Below are positions 21,506 to 31,670 of a stretch of DNA of 64,000 nt, piece after piece (position 1 is the stretch's first letter; the number at the start of each line of letters is the position of its first letter). The notes under the pieces are model-generated. The model was given only the letters and a program-made list of their open reading frames with translations. It did no database searches and was not told the DNA's origin. The position numbers and the translations under genes are program-made. The stretch is from NCBI GenBank assembly GCA_963796275.1, contig CAWCKY010000001.1, forward strand, positions 96,001 to 160,000. The letters are read 5' to 3'. This DNA is from an uncultured Acidobacteriota bacterium (GTDB taxonomy: Bacteria; Acidobacteriota; Blastocatellia; RBC074).

Positions 21506-22794
21506 CTATTTAGCGCTCACAACCACAACTCCGCCTTTCATCACCCAGCGGATTTTGTTGATCACGACTTCAATGTCGGCCAGCGGGTCGCCTTCTACGG
21601 CAACGATGTCGGCGTAAAAGCCCGGAGAGATCGCGCCCAGACTCTTCTCCATGCCGAGCAGCGCCGCGCCGTTCGTGGTTGCGGAGCCGAGCGCCTCGGC
21701 TGGCGTCATCCCGGCTTTGACGAACCAGCCGAGCTCTCTCGTGTTTTGGCCGAACATCGTGAAAACCGCGTCCGAGCCCATCGCGAAACGCACGCCTGCT
21801 TTGTGGGCGCGTCGCGCCGTCTCCAGGTTGCGCCCGATGTAATCGTTCAGCCGGTCAGTTGAGCCAGTGGAGAAGCCGTACTTGTCGGCGTTGTCAACGT
21901 AATAACGGTTGTGATCAATCGTCGGCACGTAGAAAGTCCCGCGCCGAGCCATCTCACCGATCGTCTCGTCATCCATGTCAGTAGCATGCTCGATCGAATC
22001 GGCCCCGGCTCGGACGGCGTCTCGCGCGCCGCTCGGCCCGTAAGAATGAATCGAGATACGCTTTCCCACGCTGTGCGCGGCGTCAACCGCCGCCTTCATC
22101 TCCTCGAATGTGAATGTCTGGTTGCCGGTAACATCCTCGAAGCCTCCACTCGATCCGTACATCTTCACCCAATCGGCGCCGGCTTCGATTTGTTGCAGCG
22201 CCACGCGCATTACGGTCACTTTCCCGCTTGCCTGCCCGCCACTGGAATAAACTGAGCCGGGGCGTAGAGCGGTGCGGGCTTTTTGCAATCCGTAACCGGA
22301 GACGAACATGCGCGGCCCAATCATTGCGCCCTGATTGATCAAATCGCGCATGGCTATGTCCAGATACTCGGATGCGCCCAGGTCGCGCGCCGTCGTCACT
22401 CCGGTTTCCAAAGTTTTGCGCGCGTTCTCTTGCGCCAGGAAGGGGATGGTCGAAGCTGCGCGTGTTCCAGGCTGAGAACGCGGCTGCGTGCCTGGCGCTT
22501 GATCCCAGTAGTACGTCATGTGTGTGTGCGCGTCAATTAATCCCGGAATGGCGGTGTAACGCGTCAGATCAATTACTTCGACGCCGGGGGGATTGACGAG
22601 CCGTCGGCGCTCACGCTACGGATGCGATCGTTTTCGATCATGACCACAACGTTCGTGATCGCTTTCCCTGCGCCGTCAATGAGCTTGCCGAAACGCAGCG
22701 CTTTGATCGGAGCGGCTGATTTGGACCCAGGCCAAACGCCGAACAGGACGGCTAAGGACGAGAGAATGATCATCGAGATTCTGACATTGCGCAT
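21506..22794 (-). pseudogene. Secreted amidohydrolase (prolidase-like), frameshifted at the G-run near 22585
   Basis: Signal peptide and IENDRIRSV in 22573..22794; PGLIDAHTH upstream of 22519; SIEH, MGSDA, ADIVAVEGDPL. Confidence 0.82.
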
Positions 22795-23422
22795 AGGATT
22801 CCTCTGTTTAATAAGGGTTAAAAAAGGCGCCCTGCCGGTGGTACGGCGTCAAGGTTCCGAAAGGTCGGGGGTCATTTTCCGTAAACATCCGCACGTTTGC
22901 GGAGCAGGCTCGCCTGAATGTCTACCACAACACCGACGACCTCTCGCCACAGGAGGGACGCTGGCTTCCGGCCGTAGGGAAAACGCATACCCTTCATCAA
23001 AGGTTGGCTCTTCCGGCCCGTCCTGCGTGAGATTGAGAAAATTCTCGTTGCTTAAGCCCGGTTTCGTATTGATGAAGTTACCGTAACAATGCAATGCGTT
23101 ATTGATACCGTTATGACCGCCTGCCAGTGGGTTGAAGCCGATTACCTCGATGATTCAACGCCCAGTGCGTGTCGTCGCGAAAGGCATTGAGGCGAGTGGT
23201 AATAGGGTAGCTTCATGCGTCGGCGGGAGACGGCCGCCGTCTCCCCCGTAGTTCTCTATGCGGATTTCGTCTCGTCTTCCGGAACGCCGCTGCCCTTGTA
23301 GGAGCCGAGGTCTTTGATCAGGCCAAGGAGCTCGGGATCGTTTTCGAACCGGCTACGGTGGATCTCGCGTATTTTGTCGCCGATCGTGGGTCTGCAACCA
23401 TCACAGACATCGTTCCAATTAG

Positions 23423-24493
23423 CTACGGATTTCGAGAGAGCACAGAGCACGAAGGAGCCTGAGCATACGATGCCGTTCTTGTGGCCAGAAATCCATGAGT
23501 TACGCCAACGTTATCGGTGAACTCGCCCACGATTTGGCCGCTATCATTGATCCCATATGGCAGGGTAGCGGCCGCCTCAGGGAAATCGATTGGGGTATAG
23601 ACATGGTTGCTCAAGAGAAAGCCATGCGCTGTATCGAAATCTGCTCCGAAAACGCCAACAATCTCCCCAACATTATTAATCCCATAGGCTTGGGTATTCG
23701 GGGCCTTAGGGTAATCTATCGGTATGGGGACCCCATTGATCCTGTTCAATAGGAAGCCGTGTATTCGGCGGTTACCGGCCTCGTCGGCCTCTATGAAATA
23801 GCCAGTGACCTGGCCGCGATTGTTGATCCCTATGGCATCTGTATCCAAGGCGTTCGGGTAATCTATCGGGGTGAAGGCGCCATGGGCATAGAGAAAGCCA
23901 CGAAGTGTGTCATTGGGCAGGAGGCCGACGTGTCCCACGATTTGGCCAAAATCATTGATGTCAATGGGACTGGTATTACCGCCCGGTAAATCGATCGGAG
24001 TGAAAGTCCCATCATTGTCGCGGAGAAAGCCGTGCTGTTCGGGTTTACCATCTATTATGGTTATGGAACCGCCCACGATCTGACCGTAGTCATTAATTCC
24101 TAAGGCCCCGGTATTGATGCCGACCGGGGAATCGATCTGAGTGAAAGCCCCATTGGCTAAAAGAAATCCGTGCTGTTCGCCAGTTTTCTTATCAATGTAG
24201 TATCCAACGATTTGACCATAATTATTGATCCCCCTGAGTTCTGTATGACTGGCGCCCTCGACATCGAAACAGGAATAGCCGAGTACAGCGACGCCTGATT
24301 CCTGTAAGTTGACGGCCAACGACCTGTCGCCCAGCCAGGCACCAACGAACGCGCATAAAATAACCCCTGCGCAGACCATCGAACGCATGTTCATAATCAT
24401 ATGTTTCCTCCTTTTATTTCCCAACTGGTTCGTTGTATTTCCTATTGTTAGTTTCCGGCAAACTCGCTCAATTTTGGATCGGAGCGGCGTCAT
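23423..24493 (-). CDS. Secreted beta-propeller protein with HAF-like extracellular repeats
   Basis: Six GINxxGQIVG...HGFL repeats; signal-like segment after M at ~24402. Confidence 0.85.
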   Translation of the reverse strand: MTPLRSKIERVCRKLTIGNTTNQLGNKRRKHMIMNMRSMVCAGVILCAFVGAWLGDRSLAVNLQESGVAVLGYSCFDVEGASHTELRGINNYGQIVGYYIDKKTGEQHGFLLANGAFTQIDSPVGINTGALGINDYGQIVGGSITIIDGKPEQHGFLRDNDGTFTPIDLPGGNTSPIDINDFGQIVGHVGLLPNDTLRGFLYAHGAFTPIDYPNALDTDAIGINNRGQVTGYFIEADEAGNRRIHGFLLNRINGVPIPIDYPKAPNTQAYGINNVGEIVGVFGADFDTAHGFLLSNHVYTPIDFPEAAATLPYGINDSGQIVGEFTDNVGVTHGFLATRTASYAQAPSCSVLSRNP

Positions 24494-25045
24494 TTAAATT
24501 TTATACTTTGGCTGACGTGGTGCAGGACTTGAACACACCTCGACCCTTTACCGTCCGCAGTAGTTCATCCAGCCCTATATCACAGGGTTAATAAGCTGGG
24601 CCGAATTCCACAAGCTTTGATTGTTCTTCCTGGTGAAGGCCAATCGGCATTCGCGGTTGATTTGCGCGGATTTTACTCGGCGCTTCTCTCACTGGAAATG
24701 AGTTCACCGGATTGCCAAATTTAACCTTCTCTCTTTGTTCTACTTTTACGTCGTATTCACTATATTAAGAGCTCAGTACGTGAGGTGGAGAGGGGAGTGG
24801 TACTGTTTCTCACTAATATAAGACGTGGAATTTTGCCTCTCGTACCACTGTAGCAAAAATTAATTCACATTCGCTCATAAGCAATAGATGCGGAACTGAG
24901 GCAAATGTGTCCAAGGCTTCAAATCTGCTAAGATATGATTCTGCCAAGATCATGGAAGGGTTGACAGCACAAGATGTTGTGGTTCGACGTCGCTTTGCTC
25001 TCTCTCGAAATCTAATCCGCCAAATATGCCAACGATGTCTTTAGC

Positions 25046-25190
25046 GGGTGCACGACAGAAGACCAAATTGCAGGTCTCGAAGCCCGGCTTGGCCATAGTC
25101 TAACTCCGTCGTATCGCGCTTTTCTTAAGGTCACGGACGGGTTTCGGCTGCCGGGCATGAGTATCGAACGCCTACTTTCCCTCAATATCT
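25046..25190 (+). pseudogene. SMI1/KNR4 family fragment
   Basis: Hand translation: GCTTEDQIAGLEARLGHSLTPSYRAFLKVTDG. Confidence 0.55.
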
Positions 25191-25215
25191 CAGGCGCCAT
25201 TTCGATCTCACACTG

Positions 25216-25650
25216 TCAATTCAATTCCACGAGCCGCCTCGCGAGAAAACGGCGCTCCGGTTCCTGCCGCGCCAGGGCGAGGGCCTTCTCATACGAAGCA
25301 CGTGCCTCCGGAATCCGCCCTAATCTCCGACACATATCCGCACGGGCAGAGTGCGCGAAGTGATAGTGGGAGAGGTGCTCGCGCGCCAGCAAGTCATCGA
25401 TAAGACAAAGACCTTGCTCCGGACCTTCGCACATGGCGATAGCCACTGCACGGTTAAGCTCGACAACCGAGGATGGCTGAATCCGAAGCAACCGGTCGTA
25501 GAGCAGCGTAATCTGGCGCCAGTCCGTGGATGCCGCAGAGGAACTCTCGGCGTGAACGGCCGCAAGGGGCGCCTGCAGAGTGTAGGCACCGAAGCGGCGA
25601 GATCGAAGAGCGCTTTCGGTGAGCGAGATGCCTTCGGCGATCTGGTCCCT
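25216..25650 (-). pseudogene. C-terminal fragment of a TPR-extended (ECF42-like) sigma factor
   Basis: TDWRQITLLYDRL, VVELNRAVAIAM, ARASYEKALALARQEPERRFLARRL. Confidence 0.75.
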
Positions 25651-25909
25651 GTAAAGCCTTCAAGGCTGGTCTATCCCTTCATCCTTCTTGCGTATGCCTC
25701 TCCACCTATAAACGCTTCGTTTGGGTGGAGAGGCATGCGCTGACACTTTCGCATATAAACATTTGTCTCGGGTAAAACACTTGCGGCGCATTAAACAGAT
25801 GGATGTTCATCAGCTCGACTGCAATCACAGGGCCATCGCTGAGCTAGCGAAGGCCGTTGCGCAGCTCTCGAAGCACGTTGGATATCAAACTAATTGTAAT
25901 CAGGATATC

Positions 25910-26219
25910 TAAGTACTCTGTAACTTAAGATTTTTGATATATTGCTGTAGCCCGCGAAGCGGGCAATAGGATAAAGCCCAGGGTGGAGGCGAAGCCGGAA
26001 CCCTGGGTATCTCGTCACCATGTCGCGGGAGCCCACGAAGTGGGCGATAGACCTTAAAATTGCGTGGTTGATCCCAAACTCTGTCGCCCATTTCATGGGC
26101 TTGAATCAATTTATCATGACTCACCCAGGGTTCCGGCTTCGCCTCCACCCTGGGCTTTATCCTATCGCCCGCTTCGCGGGCTACAGCAATATCAAAAATC
26201 TTAAGTTACGGAGTACTTA
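25910..26219. mobile_element. 310-bp palindromic MITE-like element with IS630-type ends enclosing REP-like hairpins
   Basis: ~97-99-bp inverted arms (25910-26008 / 26123-26219); termini TACTCTGTAACTTAAG match the adjacent IS630 IR. Confidence 0.75.
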
Positions 26220-27418
26220 ATACTCTGTAACTTAAGTTGTCTTGTATTCTAGATTATCAGCAAAAACATGCTGATAATGCTTATGCATCTTGCTTCTGGC
26301 AGTTTCGATGGAGAACTGCCAATTGATTTTGATCTGCTTTTCGCTGCGTTCTTTGACAAGCGCTAAAACTTGTTTCTCTAATTGCTGGATGGTCGGAATC
26401 CGCCGATCCAAACACTGGCGCGCCAGCGCCGAGAATTCACATTCGATCATGTTCAACCAACTAGCTGACTTGGGCGTGTAGTGAAACTCGAAGCGTTGCG
26501 AAAGGGCGAAGGCTTGGGCCGCCGGAAAATGTTGGTAAAAAGCACTCGTCGTGTGCGTACTTAAATTGTCCTGCACTAACCGAATCTTGATCGCCTCCGG
26601 ATAGTTGGTGGCCAGTTCTTTGAGAAACAGCGCATACTCTCGCATGGTGCGTCGTGGCTCCACGCGCGCCAGGCGTTGACCTGTTAAAGGCTCAATCCCG
26701 CAAGCAAACTGCACGATCCCTCTTTTTTATAGGCGTAATGCTCCTTGCTGACTTGACCACTTTGCATCCCAAGCGGCTCAACTACTTCCCCAATCAGGAA
26801 ACACGGCCGTTCATCGAAGCAAATGACTGGGTATTGCGGATCGTAAGGTTGACCATAGAGCCATAAGAGTTTTTCCATCCGTGCGATAAACTCGCCATTG
26901 ATTCGGCCAATGCACCAGGTCTGCTTGAGATGCGGCTTCAACTCGTTTTTTTGAGAATCCGGCCGACGTGGGTATGCGAAATCTCTTCGCAATATTCCGC
27001 CTCGACCACCTTCTCGGCGAGCAAGCGCAGGCTCCACTTGGCGTGTCCTTCTGGCGTCTCGCTACAGGCTAAAGCCGTGATTTTGGCTCGCAGCTTGCCG
27101 TCGATCTCCGGCGGGCGCCCCGACCGCGGGGCATCTTCCAGGCACTTCAAGCCTTGCTTTTTGTAGCCATCGCGCCAGGCCGCGACCGTTACGTAGCTAA
27201 CTCCTAAGGTCTCTGCCACGGCGGTTAGCGTTTTGCCGCGATCAAGTTCGAGTAACCCGGTGGCCCGCTTGAACGTTTTGGCCGGTAGTTTTCCCTTGGA
27301 GATCAGAGACTCCAAGTAGGCTCGGTCCTTGGCGCTTAATTTAACGTGCCGTTTTTTCATCTCCTCATTATCAGGGAGATGCGTTAGATTATCAAACAAC
27401 TTAAGTTACAGACTACTA
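26218..27418 (-). mobile_element. IS630-family insertion sequence
   Basis: IRs TA(C/G)TCTGTAACTTAAGTTGT bounded by TA dinucleotides; HTH + DDE transposase. Confidence 0.88.
26232..27360 (-). pseudogene. IS630 transposase in three frames (one likely programmed -1 shift at A7C 26945-26952, one disabling shift near 26700)
   Basis: LEDAPRSGRP, WSLRLLA, PVICFDE, LVQDNLSTH, HYTPKSASWLNMIE. Confidence 0.85.
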
Positions 27419-27658
27419 AGAAGGAGAATGTATTTGTCAGCGATCACGGTCAAGCGGGATTTTCGTTACCAGTAGCAGTCATGCAAATCTCATACGACGT
27501 TTCGCCAAGGCAGAAGAAGTAGTGCATATGGCGCGTATCTGTGCAGTGAACTGGCCTCTGCAACCACGAGAGCTCCATCCGTGCAGACGGCGGTACGCTT
27601 CGTAGCCCATTTTAACTATTTCCTCACTTGTATTAGTTGCCAGACCGGACAAACTTCC

Positions 27659-27694
27659 GTGAGGGGTCGGCAAGCCGGCTTGCCGACCCCTCAC
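27659..27694. repeat. Perfect 36-bp palindrome
   Basis: GTGAGGGGTCGGCAAGCC|GGCTTGCCGACCCCTCAC. Confidence 0.9.
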
Positions 27695-27744
27695 AAATCA
27701 ACCATCGAGTTCAAATGGATTTACGATATAGAGGAGAAAACCAA

Positions 27745-28056
27745 ATGATTTCTGTCAGTGTGATTTATCCGAACGAGGCTGGAAAGAAATTCGACTTTGA
27801 CTACTACTTAAACGAGCACATCCCGATGGCGCAACAAAAATTAGGCTCTGCATGTAAGCGCATCGCAGTCGAACACGGCCTGGCTGGAGCGACACCCGGA
27901 GCGTCAGCGGCATTTATAGCGATAGTCCATCTCTATTTTGATTCCACCGAGGCGTTTCAAACTGCGTTTAGCCCTAACGCTGAAGAGATTATGGGCGACA
28001 TCCCCAATTACACAGACATTCAACCTATTATTCAGATTAGCGAAGTAAAGATTTAG
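27745..28056 (+). CDS. EthD family reductase
   Basis: MISVSVIYP...FDFDYYLNEHIPM...DIPNYTDIQPIIQISEV; GAGGAG RBS. Confidence 0.9.
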   Translation: MISVSVIYPNEAGKKFDFDYYLNEHIPMAQQKLGSACKRIAVEHGLAGATPGASAAFIAIVHLYFDSTEAFQTAFSPNAEEIMGDIPNYTDIQPIIQISEVKI

Positions 28057-28241
28057 GGCGCAACGTCCAGCTTCATGTCCAACAGATGAAAGGATTATTC
28101 GATTCGTTTAGGATTTGCATTTCCGCCAGTCGGACCAACTCACGCAGCAAATCCGCATTGACTGGATCATCCGTGTCCTTGTGCCGCCACGGCGCCGCAA
28201 GGACACGGAGGGAGCATCGGTGCTTCGCGGCAAACGCCGGA

Positions 28242-28484
28242 CCATGATGTACTAGTGTTGATTGGGGATTTCGGAGGCGGAACCAGCGACTTTCATTGAT
28301 CAGGTTGGGTCAGGTAGCGAAACAGGAGCAGGACAACCGTATCTTAGGGAACGACGGCGTCGGGATCACCGGTGATGCATTAGACAGCGAAGTCGCATGT
28401 CGGCTTATACCGGGGTTGGGGTCGCAGTTCAGATACTTGAAAGGTACTGCCCATGCCTTCATGGTTATATCAGAAGCTGAGTAG
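28242..28484 (+). pseudogene. Hsp70-like (YegD) internal fragment
   Basis: VLIGDFGGGTSDFSLIRL...GVGITGDALD. Confidence 0.65.
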
Positions 28485-28980
28485 CTGGCACCACGTTCCT
28501 CCTTAAAGATCAGCAGATAACCGGTATGCTGCCAGAGATCAGGACGCAATCGCTGGAGCCAGATAAAGACCGACGCGCTTTTGCATATTATCAAGAACGA
28601 TCTCGTGTACAAACGATACCAGTCGATAGGGCGCGCCAAAACAGAGCGCTCAGCTAATGAGCTGAGTCTCTTCTTTTAAAGGACCTCCCGGTTGAGATCA
28701 GAGAAGGTTCGCAGCCTCGATTTCGAAACCTGGATTCAGATGGATACGATGCCCGCGAATACGACGTCGCCTGATGAGGGCATGGCGTCCCGGTGGGAGG
28801 GGGTGTCGGCTCAGTGTGCTGCCTCGCTTCCCCCAGATCATTTCCTTTGCCATCTTCTGCCAATCTGCCTAAAATGGAACCCGATAGCGGTCTCATCCGC
28901 GCTGTCGGATCGTGGTTCAGCTTGACTTAGGGGTGAGATAGTTACGGCAGACTTTGGAGAGCAAAATGTTGGAGAGTAAA

Positions 28981-29085
28981 ATGACGAACGGCGAACAAAA
29001 AGTGCTTTGGCGCGGAGTAGCTGCTGGCACGATTATGGGTATGGCCATCGGCCTCATAATAGGATTGTTCATCGTGATATCGTGA
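28981..29085 (+). CDS. Putative 34-aa single-TM small protein
   Basis: MTNGEQKVLWRGVAAGTIMGMAIGLIIGLFIVIS; GGAG RBS. Confidence 0.4.
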   Translation: MTNGEQKVLWRGVAAGTIMGMAIGLIIGLFIVIS

Positions 29086-29706
29086 AGAAACCGGGGCTCT
29101 TAGCGTCGCTGGCCCGGTAATTAGGATGCTTTTGCAGCCTCGACCAGCTTCACGATATCGCCGCTATCCCAAAGGCGCCGATTCAACGTCAGCGGCTATG
29201 GCAAGAGCGCTTCTCAGCGCATCCTACCTGCGATCTGCTCAACTATTTACGAGGCTCCTGGCAACTGATGAGTCGCACACACTCCTACCACTGATACGAA
29301 CCAAATCAAGCATCTCACCAACCGCGTCAAACAGTGCGAACCAACCGGACGTCGCGACCCCGAGGAGGCGGTCCGCGTCCGAGTCCGTCTCTTGCGGGAG
29401 CTGGCGGCTAGCCGCGAGTTGCTGGTGGCCGCTCACCTGCCGTTCCCGTCCGTCGGCCGGGTGGCGGTCGCCGGCGATGTGTTTCGTTTTGTACCGGCCA
29501 TCTGGGAGTACTGACCGCTTTGTATATCGGCGGCGGGAGCGCGGGCGTCCTGTCACATTACGTGCAAATAAAAGGCCGATAAAGAAGCGGTTTCAACACA
29601 AAGGGTCAAAGGTCAAAGGAGAAGTATCGATCTTTCGGCTGTAGGCGGTGGGTCGCTAGGCGCTGGCGGTGGCTCTAGGTAAGGAATCGCGGTGGCGATG
29701 GGGGCC

Positions 29707-30786
29707 TTACGGAATCGGAGTGGACGATGGCGCATGGCTGGTGGCCTCTTCGTATTTCTGCTTCGCTTTAAGCGCCAGTTGCTTGGCTTCGGCGAAGTCT
29801 CCGTTGGTAAGCGCTGTGTGGGCGGCGAGACGCGCTTGCTCAGCTTCCCGCCATAGTTGCTGCGCGACCTGCGAAGCCTGGGCGTTGCGCGCATAGGCGC
29901 GGTCGCTTTGGATTTTGTCGAGCAGTTTCAGGGCCTCATTACGGTCGTTCTGCCGGACGACCAGTTCATCCCAGATTTGCGACACGCGCTGATAACCCTG
30001 CTCGGCGTCCTTGAATCGTTGTTGATGAAAGGCAATCTCAGCTTCGCGCCACGCGCCCTGCGCTTCGACGACTTTTGCCGCGAATCCTTGCCGCTTGTCG
30101 AATTGCTGTATTCGCTTGATGGCCGCGTCGGCCTCTTTGCGGCGGATGGTGGCGTCGGCCTTTGTCCCGAAGAACTTCTCCTGCCCAAACTGCCATATCG
30201 TTTTGCCGTAAACCAAGAGAAGTGCGCCTACGACTAGCACCGCCACCCAACGCTCCGGATGCCTGGGACGCAATGACTGCAGCCATCCGGCTGACCGAGC
30301 TACAACGGGTTTCGGTGTCGGTCGAACGTTGAGAGATTTCCTCTGCTTTTTGCGCGGAAAGTTGGGCGATGATGGCGTTTGATATTTCGGCGCCGCCGCG
30401 CGGGGCGCGGCAGTTCGAAATACATCTCGCTTGACGTCAGCGGGTATGCGCTTATGATCGCGGATTTCGTAGATGGCGTTTCGTAGATGCTTGGCCGCAC
30501 GTTTAATCTCCGCTTCGGTGTGAGACTTTTCGCAATTTTCAGGATGCACGATGCAGTTGCGCACGCCGATGGCAAAGAAGATGTCAGGCACATTTCTGAA
30601 AAGGCGTCTGTTGGCGTTGACCCTCTCACCAAAACCGACATTCTTCCCATCTTTCGGCATGACATTCGGGTTGATAAGACTCAATAGATAGCCAAGTAAA
30701 GATACTAACTTCGTAACCTGGGTATCAGCGGCATACTCTTGTTCAATTTTTGAAATTGGGTAAATGCCTTGCGGAAGCATCTTCAT
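29707..30786 (-). CDS. Hypothetical membrane-anchored protein with helical C-terminal domain
   Basis: 359 aa, GGAGG RBS, central TM; N-terminal RNCIVH (RX4H-like). Confidence 0.65.
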   Translation of the reverse strand: MKMLPQGIYPISKIEQEYAADTQVTKLVSLLGYLLSLINPNVMPKDGKNVGFGERVNANRRLFRNVPDIFFAIGVRNCIVHPENCEKSHTEAEIKRAAKHLRNAIYEIRDHKRIPADVKRDVFRTAAPRAAAPKYQTPSSPNFPRKKQRKSLNVRPTPKPVVARSAGWLQSLRPRHPERWVAVLVVGALLLVYGKTIWQFGQEKFFGTKADATIRRKEADAAIKRIQQFDKRQGFAAKVVEAQGAWREAEIAFHQQRFKDAEQGYQRVSQIWDELVVRQNDRNEALKLLDKIQSDRAYARNAQASQVAQQLWREAEQARLAAHTALTNGDFAEAKQLALKAKQKYEEATSHAPSSTPIP

Positions 30787-30815
30787 TACCTCCGTATACC
30801 TTATATACTCATAGC

Positions 30816-30956
30816 CTACCGTGCAGGCAATAGCTTGATGGCGACATCGCGCTCGACCCGTGTGTCACGCGCGCGCCAGACTTCGCCCATCCCGCCGGCG
30901 CCGAGTGAAGCGAGGATTTCGTAGTGATCGAAATTAGCTCCAGAAACTATATTCAT
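30816..30956 (-). pseudogene. Ser/Thr protein kinase N-terminal fragment
   Basis: Hand translation: [34 protein letters not shown] then stop. Confidence 0.8.
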
Positions 30957-31670
30957 AAATTGCCACCTGATTAGCGTCCACCGTTCTCATCGCTCGGGAC
31001 CGGAATAAGAAGTAACTCCTGATAGTCGAAGTTGAAATCGGTCAGTAGCGAGACGGGAACCATCTGACCGTGACTGCGCGATGCTTCAGCATTTGATCTG
31101 AAAACTACAGCAGCCGCCTTCTCTGGCCGTGGCCTGAAACCGGGATACCTTAGGCGCGGATGGCGGCTGCACGCCCTCGGAATCTAACGCTCCCATGACA
31201 GCCATTTCTCTTATGACGCGACAAATTGTCACGTTTCGAGCCGTCGTCCGAATTGATTGTTCGTCACTCTCCTTGTATAATCAGCAGCATAGCAGAAGGC
31301 AGGCGTCCGGCACCCATGTTGCCGGGCAATTATGTCGGTCTGCTCCGATTCGACGCATAAAGCAATTGTTGACACGACCTCACCGATAATAAGAAACGCC
31401 ACTGTGTCAATCCGATCCTTGATGTAACGATACAACCCCACTCGAGCATAAGCTTTTCCCCCTTAATATGTTGGCTGAAGACTGACCTTATCGACGTGCG
31501 CCAGTATTCAGCCGAATCCATTATAGAAATCATCAGCGGAGTAAGGAGTGATAGATCCCCTCGCAAGCCCGTAAACATTGGCCAATCGCGCAGGTTATCT
31601 TCCTATTCAACTGAAAACCGCTTTAACGAATTCGCCCACACAGCTTTGAACATCGAAAGGGAAATTCTGG

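Noticed and set aside
22849-23094. Cys-containing 81-aa ORF or riboswitch upstream of the amidohydrolase
   Set aside because: No recognisable family or aptamer consensus
25890-26220. ORFs on both strands sharing PGFRLRLHPGLYPIARFAG
   Set aside because: Artefact of the palindromic element
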